DNA from: an uncultured Holophagales bacterium
Lineage (GTDB): Bacteria; Acidobacteriota; Thermoanaerobaculia; Multivoradales; UBA5704
Assembly: GCA_963842525.1 (NCBI GenBank)
Contig: CAWJGT010000001.1
Location: 736,001-800,000 of the forward strand
Length of the DNA: 64,000 nt
Reading direction: 5' to 3'
A program made the translations under genes and the position numbers. Positions 43,262 to 51,947 of the stretch are shown here, in pieces; position 1 is the first letter of the stretch, and each line of letters opens with the position of its first letter. The notes beneath the pieces are model-generated. The model saw only the letters and a list, made by a program, of their open reading frames with translations, was not told the DNA's origin and did not search any database.

Positions 43262-45910
43262 ATGCGCGACCAGCCGCGTTGGCGCCGCTATCTGCGCTTC
43301 TGGGGGCCGGACGTCGAGGCGGACATCGACGACGAGCTCCGCTTTCACCTCGACATGCGGGAGCGCGATTTCCGTGCCGCCGGTCTCCCGCCTGCCGTCG
43401 CCCGTGAGGAGGCCCTCGCCCGTTTCGGCGACCCCGATCAGGTGGCGCGCTGGCTGCGCGATCACGATACCCGAAAGCTCCGCCAGCACAGGAGGACCGA
43501 AGCGATGAGCGATCTGATGCAAGACACCCGCTATGGGCTGCGCAGGCTTTGGAAGGGGCCGGGCTTTACCCTGGCCGTCGTCCTGGTGCTCGCGCTCGGC
43601 ATCGGCGCCACCACCGCGATCTTCAGCGTGCTCGACGCCGCCCTGCTGCGGCCCTTGCCGTATTCTGAGCCCGAGCGGCTGGTCGTGGTCCACGACCTGA
43701 GCCAGAAGGGCGAGGAGCTCCCCGTGTCATTCCCCGAATACCTGAGCTGGAAGCAGGGGAAGGAGATCTTCGCTGACGTCGGCGCCTACTGGACGACGAC
43801 GCACCCGCTGACCGGCGACGGCGAGCCGGAGATGCTTGCGGGCGTCCAGATGTCGGACAACCTGCCGCGGATGCTGGGGGTCTCTCCTCGCATCGGGCGT
43901 GCGTTCGCGCCAGGGGAGGAGAAGACCAGCGGCGAGCGCGTCGTGATGCTGAGCGAAAAGCTCTGGCGGCGCCGTTTCGGCGGCGACCCGAAGATCCTTG
44001 GCCGCACCATCAGGCTGTCGGACCACCCCTTCACCGTGATCGGGATCATTCCCCCGGGCCGGCGCTCGCTCGTTCCGACCGGCCTGGCCGCGGCGCGGGA
44101 GGCCGACTTCTGGATGCCCCTGCGGCTCGATACAGAAAACGCGGGCGACATGCATTTCATGGACGTGATCGGCCGGCTGCGCCCCAGGCTCGATTTCGCG
44201 CAGGCCCAGGACCGCATCGCCGACTTCGCCCGCCGGCTGCAGGAGACCGGAGCAACGGACCACGGCATCCGCCTGTCCCGGATGGAGCGGCTCGTGATCG
44301 GCGATGCGCGGCCGCTCCTCTTCGCCCTGGCCGGCGCCGCGATCATGGTTCTCCTCATCGTCTGCACCAATGTGGCCAACCTGCTCCTGGCGCGCGCGGC
44401 GGTGCGGCAGGGCGAGATCGCCGTGCGTGCGGCGCTCGGCGCGGCGCGCGGCCGGATCGTGCGGCAACTGCTGGTCGAGACCCTTCTCCTGGCGCTGCTC
44501 GGCGGCGCCGCCGGCGTGCTCGTGGCGCAGGCCGGCGTCGCAGGCCTCCGCGCGCTCGGCCCGGCCCGGATGCCGCGGCTCGCCGAGGCCACGGTGGATG
44601 CGCGCATGCTGGTTTTCGCGCTCGGCCTGTCCCTGCTCACCGGCCTGCTCTTCGGCCTGGTGCCCGCGCTGCGCGCCTCGCGCACCGACCTCGCCGAGGT
44701 CATGAAGGCCGGTGCGCGCGGCAGCATTGGCGGGCCGGTCCGCGACCGGTTGCGCGGCGCGCTCATCGTGGCCGAAGTGGCGCTCTCGTTCGCGCTGCTC
44801 ATCGGCGCCGGCCTGCTCATCCGCAGCCTCGACCGGCTGCTCGCCGTCGACAAGGGTTTCGACGCCGAGCACGTGATCAGCGCCTTCGTCCTCCTGCCGA
44901 CCACCTACGCCGAAAAAAGCCAGCAGATCGCGTTTTTCCGCGAGCTGCACGAGCGCGTAGAAAGGCTCCCGGGCGTGCAGGCCGTGGCGTACGTCAGCAC
45001 CCCACCCCTTGTAGGAGGGAGCTGGGGCGGGTTCGGCATCGAGGGCCGCACGTATCCGCGGGAAGCGGAACCGAACGCCCAGAAGCGGGTCGCCTCGCCG
45101 GGCTACTTCGAAGTGCTGCGCACGCGGGTCCTCACCGGGCGCGCCTTCGAGGAGCGGGACGCGGCCGGCGCGCCGACGGTGGTGATGGTCAACCAGGCTC
45201 TGGCGCGGCGCTATTTCCCCGGCGAGAGCCCGATCGGCAAACGCATCGACTTCCGGTGGGATACCAACGGCATGCAGGAGATCGTCGGCGTGGTCGCAGA
45301 CATCCGGGAGCAGGGGCTTCACCAGCCGGCCGAGCCGTCGATCTACATCCCTCTGGCGCAGCGCCCGGACCCCTGGGCCTATCTCGTCGTGCGCACGGCG
45401 GGAGATCCGAAGAACATCGTCCCCTCGCTGCGCCAGGTGGTGACCTCACTCGATCGCAACCTGCCGCTCTCCGAGGTGCGTACGCTGGAGGACCTGGTGG
45501 ACGAAGGGCTCGGGGAGCGCCGGCTCGCGATGTCGCTCTTCTCCGCCTTTTCCGTGCTGTCGCTGGTGCTCGCCGCCCTGGGCCTCTATGCCGTGATCAG
45601 CTACATGGTGATCCAGCGGCGGCAGGAGATCGGCATCCGGATGGCTCTTGGCGCACGCGCCGAGCACGTCATCCGTTCGGTGTTGGGGCAGGGACTGGCG
45701 CTGATCGCGGCCGGCGCGGTGCTCGGCGCGCTCGCCGCCTTGGGTCTCGGGCGGTTCCTGGCGGGGCTCGTCTTCGGCGTCGGCACCACCGACCCCGCCA
45801 CCTTCGCCGGCGTGGCGCTCCTGCTGGTCATGACGGCGCTCCTGGCGAGCGTGGTGCCCGCTCTCCGCGCCGCCCACCTCGATCCGGCGAGCGTGCTGCG
45901 CAGCGAGTAG
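43262..45910 (+). CDS. ADOP / MacB-FtsX duplicated ABC permease
   Basis: IDDELRFHL, ALGIGATTAIFS, NVANLLLAR, EIGIRMALGA. Confidence 0.92.
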   Translation: MRDQPRWRRYLRFWGPDVEADIDDELRFHLDMRERDFRAAGLPPAVAREEALARFGDPDQVARWLRDHDTRKLRQHRRTEAMSDLMQDTRYGLRRLWKGPGFTLAVVLVLALGIGATTAIFSVLDAALLRPLPYSEPERLVVVHDLSQKGEELPVSFPEYLSWKQGKEIFADVGAYWTTTHPLTGDGEPEMLAGVQMSDNLPRMLGVSPRIGRAFAPGEEKTSGERVVMLSEKLWRRRFGGDPKILGRTIRLSDHPFTVIGIIPPGRRSLVPTGLAAAREADFWMPLRLDTENAGDMHFMDVIGRLRPRLDFAQAQDRIADFARRLQETGATDHGIRLSRMERLVIGDARPLLFALAGAAIMVLLIVCTNVANLLLARAAVRQGEIAVRAALGAARGRIVRQLLVETLLLALLGGAAGVLVAQAGVAGLRALGPARMPRLAEATVDARMLVFALGLSLLTGLLFGLVPALRASRTDLAEVMKAGARGSIGGPVRDRLRGALIVAEVALSFALLIGAGLLIRSLDRLLAVDKGFDAEHVISAFVLLPTTYAEKSQQIAFFRELHERVERLPGVQAVAYVSTPPLVGGSWGGFGIEGRTYPREAEPNAQKRVASPGYFEVLRTRVLTGRAFEERDAAGAPTVVMVNQALARRYFPGESPIGKRIDFRWDTNGMQEIVGVVADIREQGLHQPAEPSIYIPLAQRPDPWAYLVVRTAGDPKNIVPSLRQVVTSLDRNLPLSEVRTLEDLVDEGLGERRLAMSLFSAFSVLSLVLAALGLYAVISYMVIQRRQEIGIRMALGARAEHVIRSVLGQGLALIAAGAVLGALAALGLGRFLAGLVFGVGTTDPATFAGVALLLVMTALLASVVPALRAAHLDPASVLRSE

Positions 45911-45961
45911 AACTGTATACAAGCCCCAGACAGATGGGCGCCCTCCTCGGGGAGGGAGGAG

Positions 45962-46894
45962 TCAGTGACTTGCGAGGTACTCCTGCCTGGTGTATCGATT
46001 GTAATAGCTTGCCCAGGTCTTTCCCATGGACGGATTTTCGACTTCGGAGGAAGGCCGGGGCACCCACACAGCAGTGATTTGATCGGGCTTGATCTCTTCC
46101 CAGACGGCGACTTCATTCTGTTCGGCGTGTGGATTTCTATGCTTGGTCAAAATGGTGTAGGCGACGTTGGCGTCGACCCCCTGGTACCATTCGATCTCGA
46201 TTTCAAAGGCGTATTTGCCATAGCGTTCGTCCATGCCGGTGAGGTCCTTGGTAGTGGCAATCCAGTTGGATCCTTTGCCCTGATCGACCGTGATATGTGT
46301 TACGAGGTCTTCGTACCCGCTTCGGGTCCATCCGGTCGCGAAGACTATCGATGGATCCCTGTCGGTCCGCCGGTAGACGGTGCCGCCAGGGAAGAGGTAT
46401 CCCCAGTAGCGCTTGGGCATGCCCGACGCAAGGAGCGCGTAGGCGGATGGCGAGCTGCTGCCTGGATTGATGGAAATCGTGAGAGCTGCGCTCCCGGAAG
46501 AGGAAGAAGAGGAGGAAGAAGAAGAAGAAGAGGAGGAAGAAGAAGAAGAAGAGGAGGAAGAAGAAGAAGAAGAGGAGGAGGAGGCGCGCTGGATGACCGG
46601 CGGTTTCGGCCCGTAAGGGGTTAGAACGCGGCCCCGCGGCGGAAGAGGCGCCACGGGAGGCGCGGGCCTGGCAGTGGGCCGGACGGGTGCCATCCGTGCC
46701 TGTACGGCCTGAAGTGCCGCCACCACGTGGGCGGCAGGTTGGCGCTCGGCCGTCGTGCGCTTGGCTTGGACCGATTTGACCGGCGGTCTTGTTGCGACAA
46801 GTGCCGCCTGGACATGGGCGGCCAAAGGCTTGGCCTGGACAGCGCCTACCGTTCTGATGAGGCCTGGTCGAGCCGGTGGAAACGGTGCGGGCAT
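45962..46894 (-). CDS. Putative ADP-ribosyltransferase effector: AAHVQAA/IQR leader, poly-Ser linker, scabin/enterotoxin-A-like ART domain
   Basis: VYRRTDRDP..VF..G, WIATTK, GVDAN, NPHAEQNEVA. Confidence 0.75.
   Translation of the reverse strand: MPAPFPPARPGLIRTVGAVQAKPLAAHVQAALVATRPPVKSVQAKRTTAERQPAAHVVAALQAVQARMAPVRPTARPAPPVAPLPPRGRVLTPYGPKPPVIQRASSSSSSSSSSSSSSSSSSSSSSSSSSSSSGSAALTISINPGSSSPSAYALLASGMPKRYWGYLFPGGTVYRRTDRDPSIVFATGWTRSGYEDLVTHITVDQGKGSNWIATTKDLTGMDERYGKYAFEIEIEWYQGVDANVAYTILTKHRNPHAEQNEVAVWEEIKPDQITAVWVPRPSSEVENPSMGKTWASYYNRYTRQEYLASH
46496..46582 (-). repeat. TCT/TCC microsatellite encoding 29 consecutive Ser
   Basis: GAA/GGA run on + strand with a 21-bp higher-order unit. 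Confidence 0.9.
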
Positions 46895-47008
46895 GGTGCG
46901 GACTCCGGCGGTGGCGGCAAGCGTATCACGCCTCCAGGCACCAAGGTGCCCCACGCCCTGGTTTGGTGGTTGCGAGAGATCGGCCGTGCGACCCAGAGTA
47001 GAGCTCTG

Positions 47009-48496
47009 CTACCGGCGCCCGGAGCCCGCGGTGGCCACCCGGGCGACGAGGACGGCGAGGGCGGTATCGGCCTCGCTGCTCTCGCCCTTGAGCTGCAGCT
47101 CGGTCTCCAGGAGGTCGGAGGGGAGCTTCGCCAGCAGGGGCTCGGGGAGACGGCTGGCGGCCAGGTAGGCGCGGTGGAGGCGGAAGGGGTGGAGGCCGGC
47201 CAGCGGGTTCTTGCCGCCGCCGGGGACCTCGCCCTGGAGGGCCGGAGCATGGCGGTCCTTGAACCGGCCGTAGTTCGCCTCGCCGGGCGGGATGCGGGCG
47301 GCGCGCATCATCCCGCGGATGGCGGTGAGCTGCCGGCAGAAGCCGGCGAAGAGCGAGAAGAAGGACAACCGGGCATTGAGCGGCTCCTCCGCCGAGGTCA
47401 GCAGCCGGTGCAGGCGGTCCAGGGCCTCGGCGCCGCGCCCGGCGGCCACCGCGTCCAGGAGCTGCCAGACGTCCTCCTCGCCGCGGTCCTCCACGGCCTG
47501 CTCGACCAGCTTGCGTTCGATCCGGCCGCCCTCGGGGACCAGGTTCGCCAGCTTGCGGTATTCGCCGGCAAGGCGGGCGGTCGAGTCGCCTTCGATGGCC
47601 TTGCTGGTGCGCCGGCCGTCGCTCTCCTGGCGCAGGGTGCGGTGGGCGAGCTCGGCCAGGGCGTCGGCCGCGATGGCCACGCCGGTCTGGCGCTCCAGCT
47701 CCTCGCCCAGGAGGTCGAGACCCTGCCAGCCGCCGCCCCGCTCCGCGGCCTCGATGCTGCCGGTGGCCAGCACGGCCTTGGCGAGCAGGCGGACCACCGG
47801 ATGGTCTGCCGCCACCGTGCGCTCGGCCAGCACCAGGACGTGCCCCTCGGGCAGGCCGCCGCGGATCAGGTCGGCGAGCGCGGCGACGTCGCTGTCGCCC
47901 TGGCCCTGGATCCCCTCGCCGCGGGCCGCTTCGAGGAGGACGGCGAGGCCGGTGCGCAGCTCCTCGACCTGCTTCTTTGTCCGCGCCCGGGCGCCCTTGC
48001 CGCGGCGCGCGCCTTCGAGCACCCAGGCCGGCAGCTCGGCGAGCAGCCGCTCGGACGGCCCGGCGTAGGGGTCGAGGTCGAAGAGGTGCAGAGCCTGGAG
48101 GAGGCGCGAGGCAGCCTGCCGCTCACGGGCCGAGAAAGCGCGGGATTCGCCTCCGGGGCCGCCGGTGCCGGAAGCCAGCGGCAGTGCTTCGGCCGCGTCG
48201 TCGATCAGCTCGGCGGCGGCGGCGCGGTCCGCGAAGATGGCGGTATCGACCGCCAGGACCACCTTGGCGGTCGCGAACAGGGAGTAGGTCCGGAGGTCCT
48301 GCAGGAGATGGGAGAGCGACGTCGGGCGGCGGTGGGTCTCGATGCGGTCGGGAGCGCAGCCGAGGGCCTCGGCCAGGACCTCCGCGCTCCGCAGGGCCGC
48401 GGGCTCCGCCAGTACCAGGTCGCCGTGGACGAGGCACACCTGGGGACGATGCCCGCGGCGCAGGGCCGCGAGGAAGCTCTCGACCGCGCCGGCCAA
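47009..48496 (-). CDS. holA: DNA polymerase III delta subunit-like protein
   Basis: LVHGD, YSLFA..KVVL, EYRKLA, VWQLLDA, HPFRL, ELQLKG; longer than typical. Confidence 0.65.
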   Translation of the reverse strand: MAGAVESFLAALRRGHRPQVCLVHGDLVLAEPAALRSAEVLAEALGCAPDRIETHRRPTSLSHLLQDLRTYSLFATAKVVLAVDTAIFADRAAAAELIDDAAEALPLASGTGGPGGESRAFSARERQAASRLLQALHLFDLDPYAGPSERLLAELPAWVLEGARRGKGARARTKKQVEELRTGLAVLLEAARGEGIQGQGDSDVAALADLIRGGLPEGHVLVLAERTVAADHPVVRLLAKAVLATGSIEAAERGGGWQGLDLLGEELERQTGVAIAADALAELAHRTLRQESDGRRTSKAIEGDSTARLAGEYRKLANLVPEGGRIERKLVEQAVEDRGEEDVWQLLDAVAAGRGAEALDRLHRLLTSAEEPLNARLSFFSLFAGFCRQLTAIRGMMRAARIPPGEANYGRFKDRHAPALQGEVPGGGKNPLAGLHPFRLHRAYLAASRLPEPLLAKLPSDLLETELQLKGESSEADTALAVLVARVATAGSGRR

Positions 48497-48520
48497 TCGA
48501 TCGATCCCCTTCGGCGCGGC

Positions 48521-48931
48521 TCAGGAGGCTTCGGCTTCCAGGAGGCCCTTTTCGGCGAGCTCCTGGCAGTCGATGCAGAAGCGGGCCCAGGGCACCGCCT
48601 GGAGGCGCAAGGGGTGGATCTGGTTGCCGCAACTGGCGCAACGTCCGTAGGCCCCTGTGTCCATCCGGATCAGCGCATCCTCGATCTGGAGGAGCAGGGC
48701 ACGCTCGCTGTCCGAGATCGAGAACATAAGCTCCCGATTGTAAGAATTGTTCGCTCGATCCACAATATCCTCGGTGCCGTCATCCGCCGACTCCTGCCCC
48801 GCCCGGACGTCCTGCTTGTACATGTTGAGGATCTCCTGCCGCTGTTCGAGCAGGCGTTTCCGCAGGTCTTCGTAGTTTTCCTGGGGAACCTCGGCAGTCT
48901 GCACCACCTTGGCCTTTTCTGTCTTGGCCAC
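48521..48931 (-). CDS. TraR/DksA family regulator
   Basis: DIVDRA coiled-coil tip; YGRCASCG..RLQAVPWARFCIDC. Confidence 0.92.
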   Translation of the reverse strand: MAKTEKAKVVQTAEVPQENYEDLRKRLLEQRQEILNMYKQDVRAGQESADDGTEDIVDRANNSYNRELMFSISDSERALLLQIEDALIRMDTGAYGRCASCGNQIHPLRLQAVPWARFCIDCQELAEKGLLEAEAS

Positions 48932-48957
48932 TCTGGCTTCTCCTTTCCACTCGTGAA

Positions 48958-49431
48958 TCAGGGCAGGCGATGATAACTCATTCCAGCTTCGATCGAGAGC
49001 GCACGGTAGAGCTGCTCATACAGCACGACCCGTGCCAGCTCGTGGGACAGGGTGAGCCGGCCCAGCGACAGGGTCCAGCGGGCGGATTCGAGCACGGAGT
49101 GGTCGAGGCCGAGGTCGGAGCCGATGAGGAAGACCACGGGGTGGGGCCACTCGCCGCGCAGGCGGGCCAGACGGTCGGCGAGCTCCGGCGAATCGGGCGT
49201 CTCGCCGCTGCTGTCCAGGGCCACGGTCCAGACGGGCTGCGGGACGGCGGCGAGGAGCGCCTGCCCTTCGGTCTTCTGGCGCTGCGGGTCGTCGGCGCCG
49301 GCGCGCGCCCGGACCGGCAGGTCGCGCACGGGCACCCAGCGGGAGAGCCGTTTCCGGTAGTCCGCGCAGATCTCTTCCCAACCCGAGCGGTGGTGGCGTC
49401 CGGCCCAGACGACGACGAGCTCGCGGCCCAC
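48958..49431 (-). CDS. rlmH: 23S rRNA (pseudouridine1915-N3)-methyltransferase
   Basis: FLIGS..G, LSLGRLTLSHELARVVLYEQLYRA..YHR. Confidence 0.92.
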   Translation of the reverse strand: MGRELVVVWAGRHHRSGWEEICADYRKRLSRWVPVRDLPVRARAGADDPQRQKTEGQALLAAVPQPVWTVALDSSGETPDSPELADRLARLRGEWPHPVVFLIGSDLGLDHSVLESARWTLSLGRLTLSHELARVVLYEQLYRALSIEAGMSYHRLP

Positions 49432-49434
49432 CGG

Positions 49435-49992
49435 TCAACCGATCGCGGTCTCGTCGGGGTCGCCGTTCCGGCCCGCCAGGTAGAGCTCCCACTCGGCGAG
49501 GTAGCTCAGCGCGCGGAAGTCCCGCATCCGGTCGAGGAAGACGACGCCGTTCAGGTGATCGAACTCGTGCTGGACGATGCGCGCTTCGAAGCCGCGGGCG
49601 ATGTAGTCGAGGCTCCGGCCCTCGCGGTCCAGGCCGCGGACGCGGACCGCCGGGTGCCGCGGCACCATCCCCCGCAGATCGGGGATGGAGAGGCACCCCT
49701 CCCAGTCGTAGGCCAGCTCCCGCTCGTGGGGGCTGATCATGGGGTTGAGGACGACGTGGAGCGGGATGTCGGCGGCCGGATCGACATGGCCGGCGGACTG
49801 GTAGACGAAGATCTGCAGCTCTTCGCCGACCTGGGGAGCGGCCAGGCCGACGCCGTGGGCGTCGAGCATGGTCTCGACCATGTCGTCGATGAGCTGTTGG
49901 ACCTCGGGGCTGCCGATCCGGTCGGCCGGCACCACCCGGGCGAGGGTGCGCAGGGACGGATGACCGAGCCGGACGATGGGGCGCACGGGCAT
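49435..49992 (-). CDS. def: Peptide deformylase
   Basis: GVGLAAPQ, EGCLS, QHEFDHLNG. Confidence 0.96.
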   Translation of the reverse strand: MPVRPIVRLGHPSLRTLARVVPADRIGSPEVQQLIDDMVETMLDAHGVGLAAPQVGEELQIFVYQSAGHVDPAADIPLHVVLNPMISPHERELAYDWEGCLSIPDLRGMVPRHPAVRVRGLDREGRSLDYIARGFEARIVQHEFDHLNGVVFLDRMRDFRALSYLAEWELYLAGRNGDPDETAIG

Positions 49993-50046
49993 GATAGGGA
50001 CAGATTATACAGTGTGTGCAAAGGCGTCCCCCGAGGAGGTGCCTCG

Positions 50047-50082
50047 CGCCCTCGCCCAGGGTTCACACCCTGGGCGAGGGCG
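50047..50082. repeat. REP-like palindrome
   Basis: CGCCCTCGCCCAGGGTTCACACCCTGGGCGAGGGCG, same family as 18526-18652. Confidence 0.7.
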
Positions 50083-50101
50083 TAGGGTCCCGAGATGAGG
50101 G

Positions 50102-51115
50102 TCAACCGACCTTGGTGCCGCAGCCGGGACAGAACTTCGAGCCCGGCGCGAGCTTCTGGCCGCAGTTGGAGCAGAAGGCCGGCGTACCCCCTGCGTCCGG
50201 GGCCGCCGCGGCGTCCGCGGGTGGAGCCGGCGCGGCCGGTGCGGTGCCCTGGCCGGGCGCCCCAGGGCCGGAGCCGCCGCCCTGCATGGCCTCGCGCATC
50301 ATGTTCGGGAGCATCATCCCGACACCCACTCCGAGGCCGGCACCCACGGTGGCGCTCGCGGCACCGCCCTGCTGCTGTGCCGCGTCGCCGATCGCCCGCG
50401 CGGTCTTGAATTTGAGGTAGGCGTTCATGTCGCCGATCGCCCCCATCCCGCTCCGCTCGTCGATCAGCTTCTGCACCTCCTCGGGCGGGGTGATCGCCCC
50501 CACGAAGAGGTCGACCAGCTCGACGCCGTACTTGTTGAAGTCGTCCGCCACCCGCGCCTTCAGGCCCATGGCCAGCTCGTCGTAAAGGCGCGGCAAGTCG
50601 AAGATCGAGGTCATGTTCTCGCCCAGCACATCGTTCAGCCGGGCCACGATGGCGTCGCGGAACCAGTCCTCCAGCCCGTCGGTGGTGAAGAGCCCGCGCG
50701 TGCCCACCACGGTGTTGACGAAGAGCTGGGCGTTGACCACCCGCACCGCGTATTTGCCGAAGGCGCGCAGGCGGACCATGGCGAGGTCCTTGTCGCGGAA
50801 GACCACCGGCTCCTTGGTGCCCCACTTGAGGTCCATGTAGGTCCTGGTGGAGACGAAGACCACCGCCGCCTGGAAAGGCGACTCGCCGCCGAACGGGATG
50901 CTGAGGATGCTGGCCAGGATCGGGACGTTCTGGGTGGCCAGCGTGTGGCGGCCCGGGCCGAAGGTGTCGAGCGCCTTGCCATCGCGGAAGAAGACCGCCT
51001 GCTGGCTCTCCTCGACGATGAGCTGGCTGCCGAGCCGGATGGCCGACGTGCCCTGCGCCGGCACCCGCGACACCATGGTCTTTCCCGAGGGATCGTGGTA
51101 TTCGATGACTTGCAT
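50102..51115 (-). CDS. SPFH domain protein with C-terminal zinc ribbon (YdjI-like)
   Basis: GSQLIVEESQQAVF..GPGRHTL..KWGT; FCSNCG..KFCPGCG. Confidence 0.88.
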   Translation of the reverse strand: MQVIEYHDPSGKTMVSRVPAQGTSAIRLGSQLIVEESQQAVFFRDGKALDTFGPGRHTLATQNVPILASILSIPFGGESPFQAAVVFVSTRTYMDLKWGTKEPVVFRDKDLAMVRLRAFGKYAVRVVNAQLFVNTVVGTRGLFTTDGLEDWFRDAIVARLNDVLGENMTSIFDLPRLYDELAMGLKARVADDFNKYGVELVDLFVGAITPPEEVQKLIDERSGMGAIGDMNAYLKFKTARAIGDAAQQQGGAASATVGAGLGVGVGMMLPNMMREAMQGGGSGPGAPGQGTAPAAPAPPADAAAAPDAGGTPAFCSNCGQKLAPGSKFCPGCGTKVG

Positions 51116-51129
51116 GGCTCGGGTCTCCC

Positions 51130-51669
51130 CTACGATTCCGCCGCGCCCGTGCCGCGGACCACGTTGCTGACGACGAGCTCGCGCTGGCGCCACTTGTCCT
51201 CCAGGGCGCGGACTCTCTGGTGCAGCCGGTCGAGGGCGGCCGCCGGATTCTCCGGCCCAGGCGCCGGCAGGGCCGCGACGTCGGCCTGCAGCACCTCCAG
51301 GTCCTGGAGCACCGAGAGGTCGAACTCGTAGAGCCGCTGCAGCTCCGCCTCGCCGATCTTCACCGGATCGAAGAGGCCGCTCGCGCCGTAGTCGGCGAAG
51401 CGGATGGCCTGCGACAGGCCGTCGATCTGCCGGTCGAGGCGGTCGAAGCCGCCCAGCGCGGCGATCTGTCCGGCGTCCGTATAGGTCCGCGCCTTGTCGC
51501 GCAGCTCCAGCTTCAGCCGTGCCAGCTCGCCGGAGAGGTGCTCGCGCTGGAGGCGGTCCACGTCGCGCCGCAGCTCGCGGTCCTGGAATCCCCTGTAGCC
51601 AGGGATCTTCTCGCCCAGCTTTTCGAGGACGTTGCGCCCCGCCCGGGCCTGCTCGTAGCCGTTGGTCAT
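51130..51669 (-). CDS. Hypothetical protein
   Basis: AGGAGG RBS; IPGYRGF..RELRRDVD, DYGASGLFD; co-oriented with the SPFH gene. Confidence 0.7.
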   Translation of the reverse strand: MTNGYEQARAGRNVLEKLGEKIPGYRGFQDRELRRDVDRLQREHLSGELARLKLELRDKARTYTDAGQIAALGGFDRLDRQIDGLSQAIRFADYGASGLFDPVKIGEAELQRLYEFDLSVLQDLEVLQADVAALPAPGPENPAAALDRLHQRVRALEDKWRQRELVVSNVVRGTGAAES

Positions 51670-51716
51670 CGCATCCTCCTCACAGACTTATGCTATCAGA
51701 GCGGAGCCTGCGAAGA

Positions 51717-51880
51717 CCTCACCCCCTGGCCCCCTCTCCCGTCTCCCTTCCACCCCCCGCCGGGAGAGGGGGAACGCATCCGGAGCCGTTCCGCGAGCTC
51801 GCCACAAAGGCACCAACAACGTCCCCCCTCTCCCGGGGACGGGGCGGGTGGGAGATGGGAGAGGGGGACAGAGGGTGAGG
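51717..51880. repeat. Inverted pair of CCCTCTCCC-type REP-like elements
   Basis: CCTCACCCCCTGGCCCCCTCTCCC..GGGAGAGGGGG and a diverged inverse; related to the repeats at 33451/33905. Confidence 0.7.
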
Positions 51881-51947
51881 TCCCATCTTCCCGTCGAGCG
51901 TAATTTTCGTTATTCTCTCCACGCGGAATTCTTCAAGGCAGTCTTGA

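Noticed and set aside
42906-45910. PadR + ADOP permease as a new system
   Set aside because: Well-known expanded gene pair in Acidobacteriota
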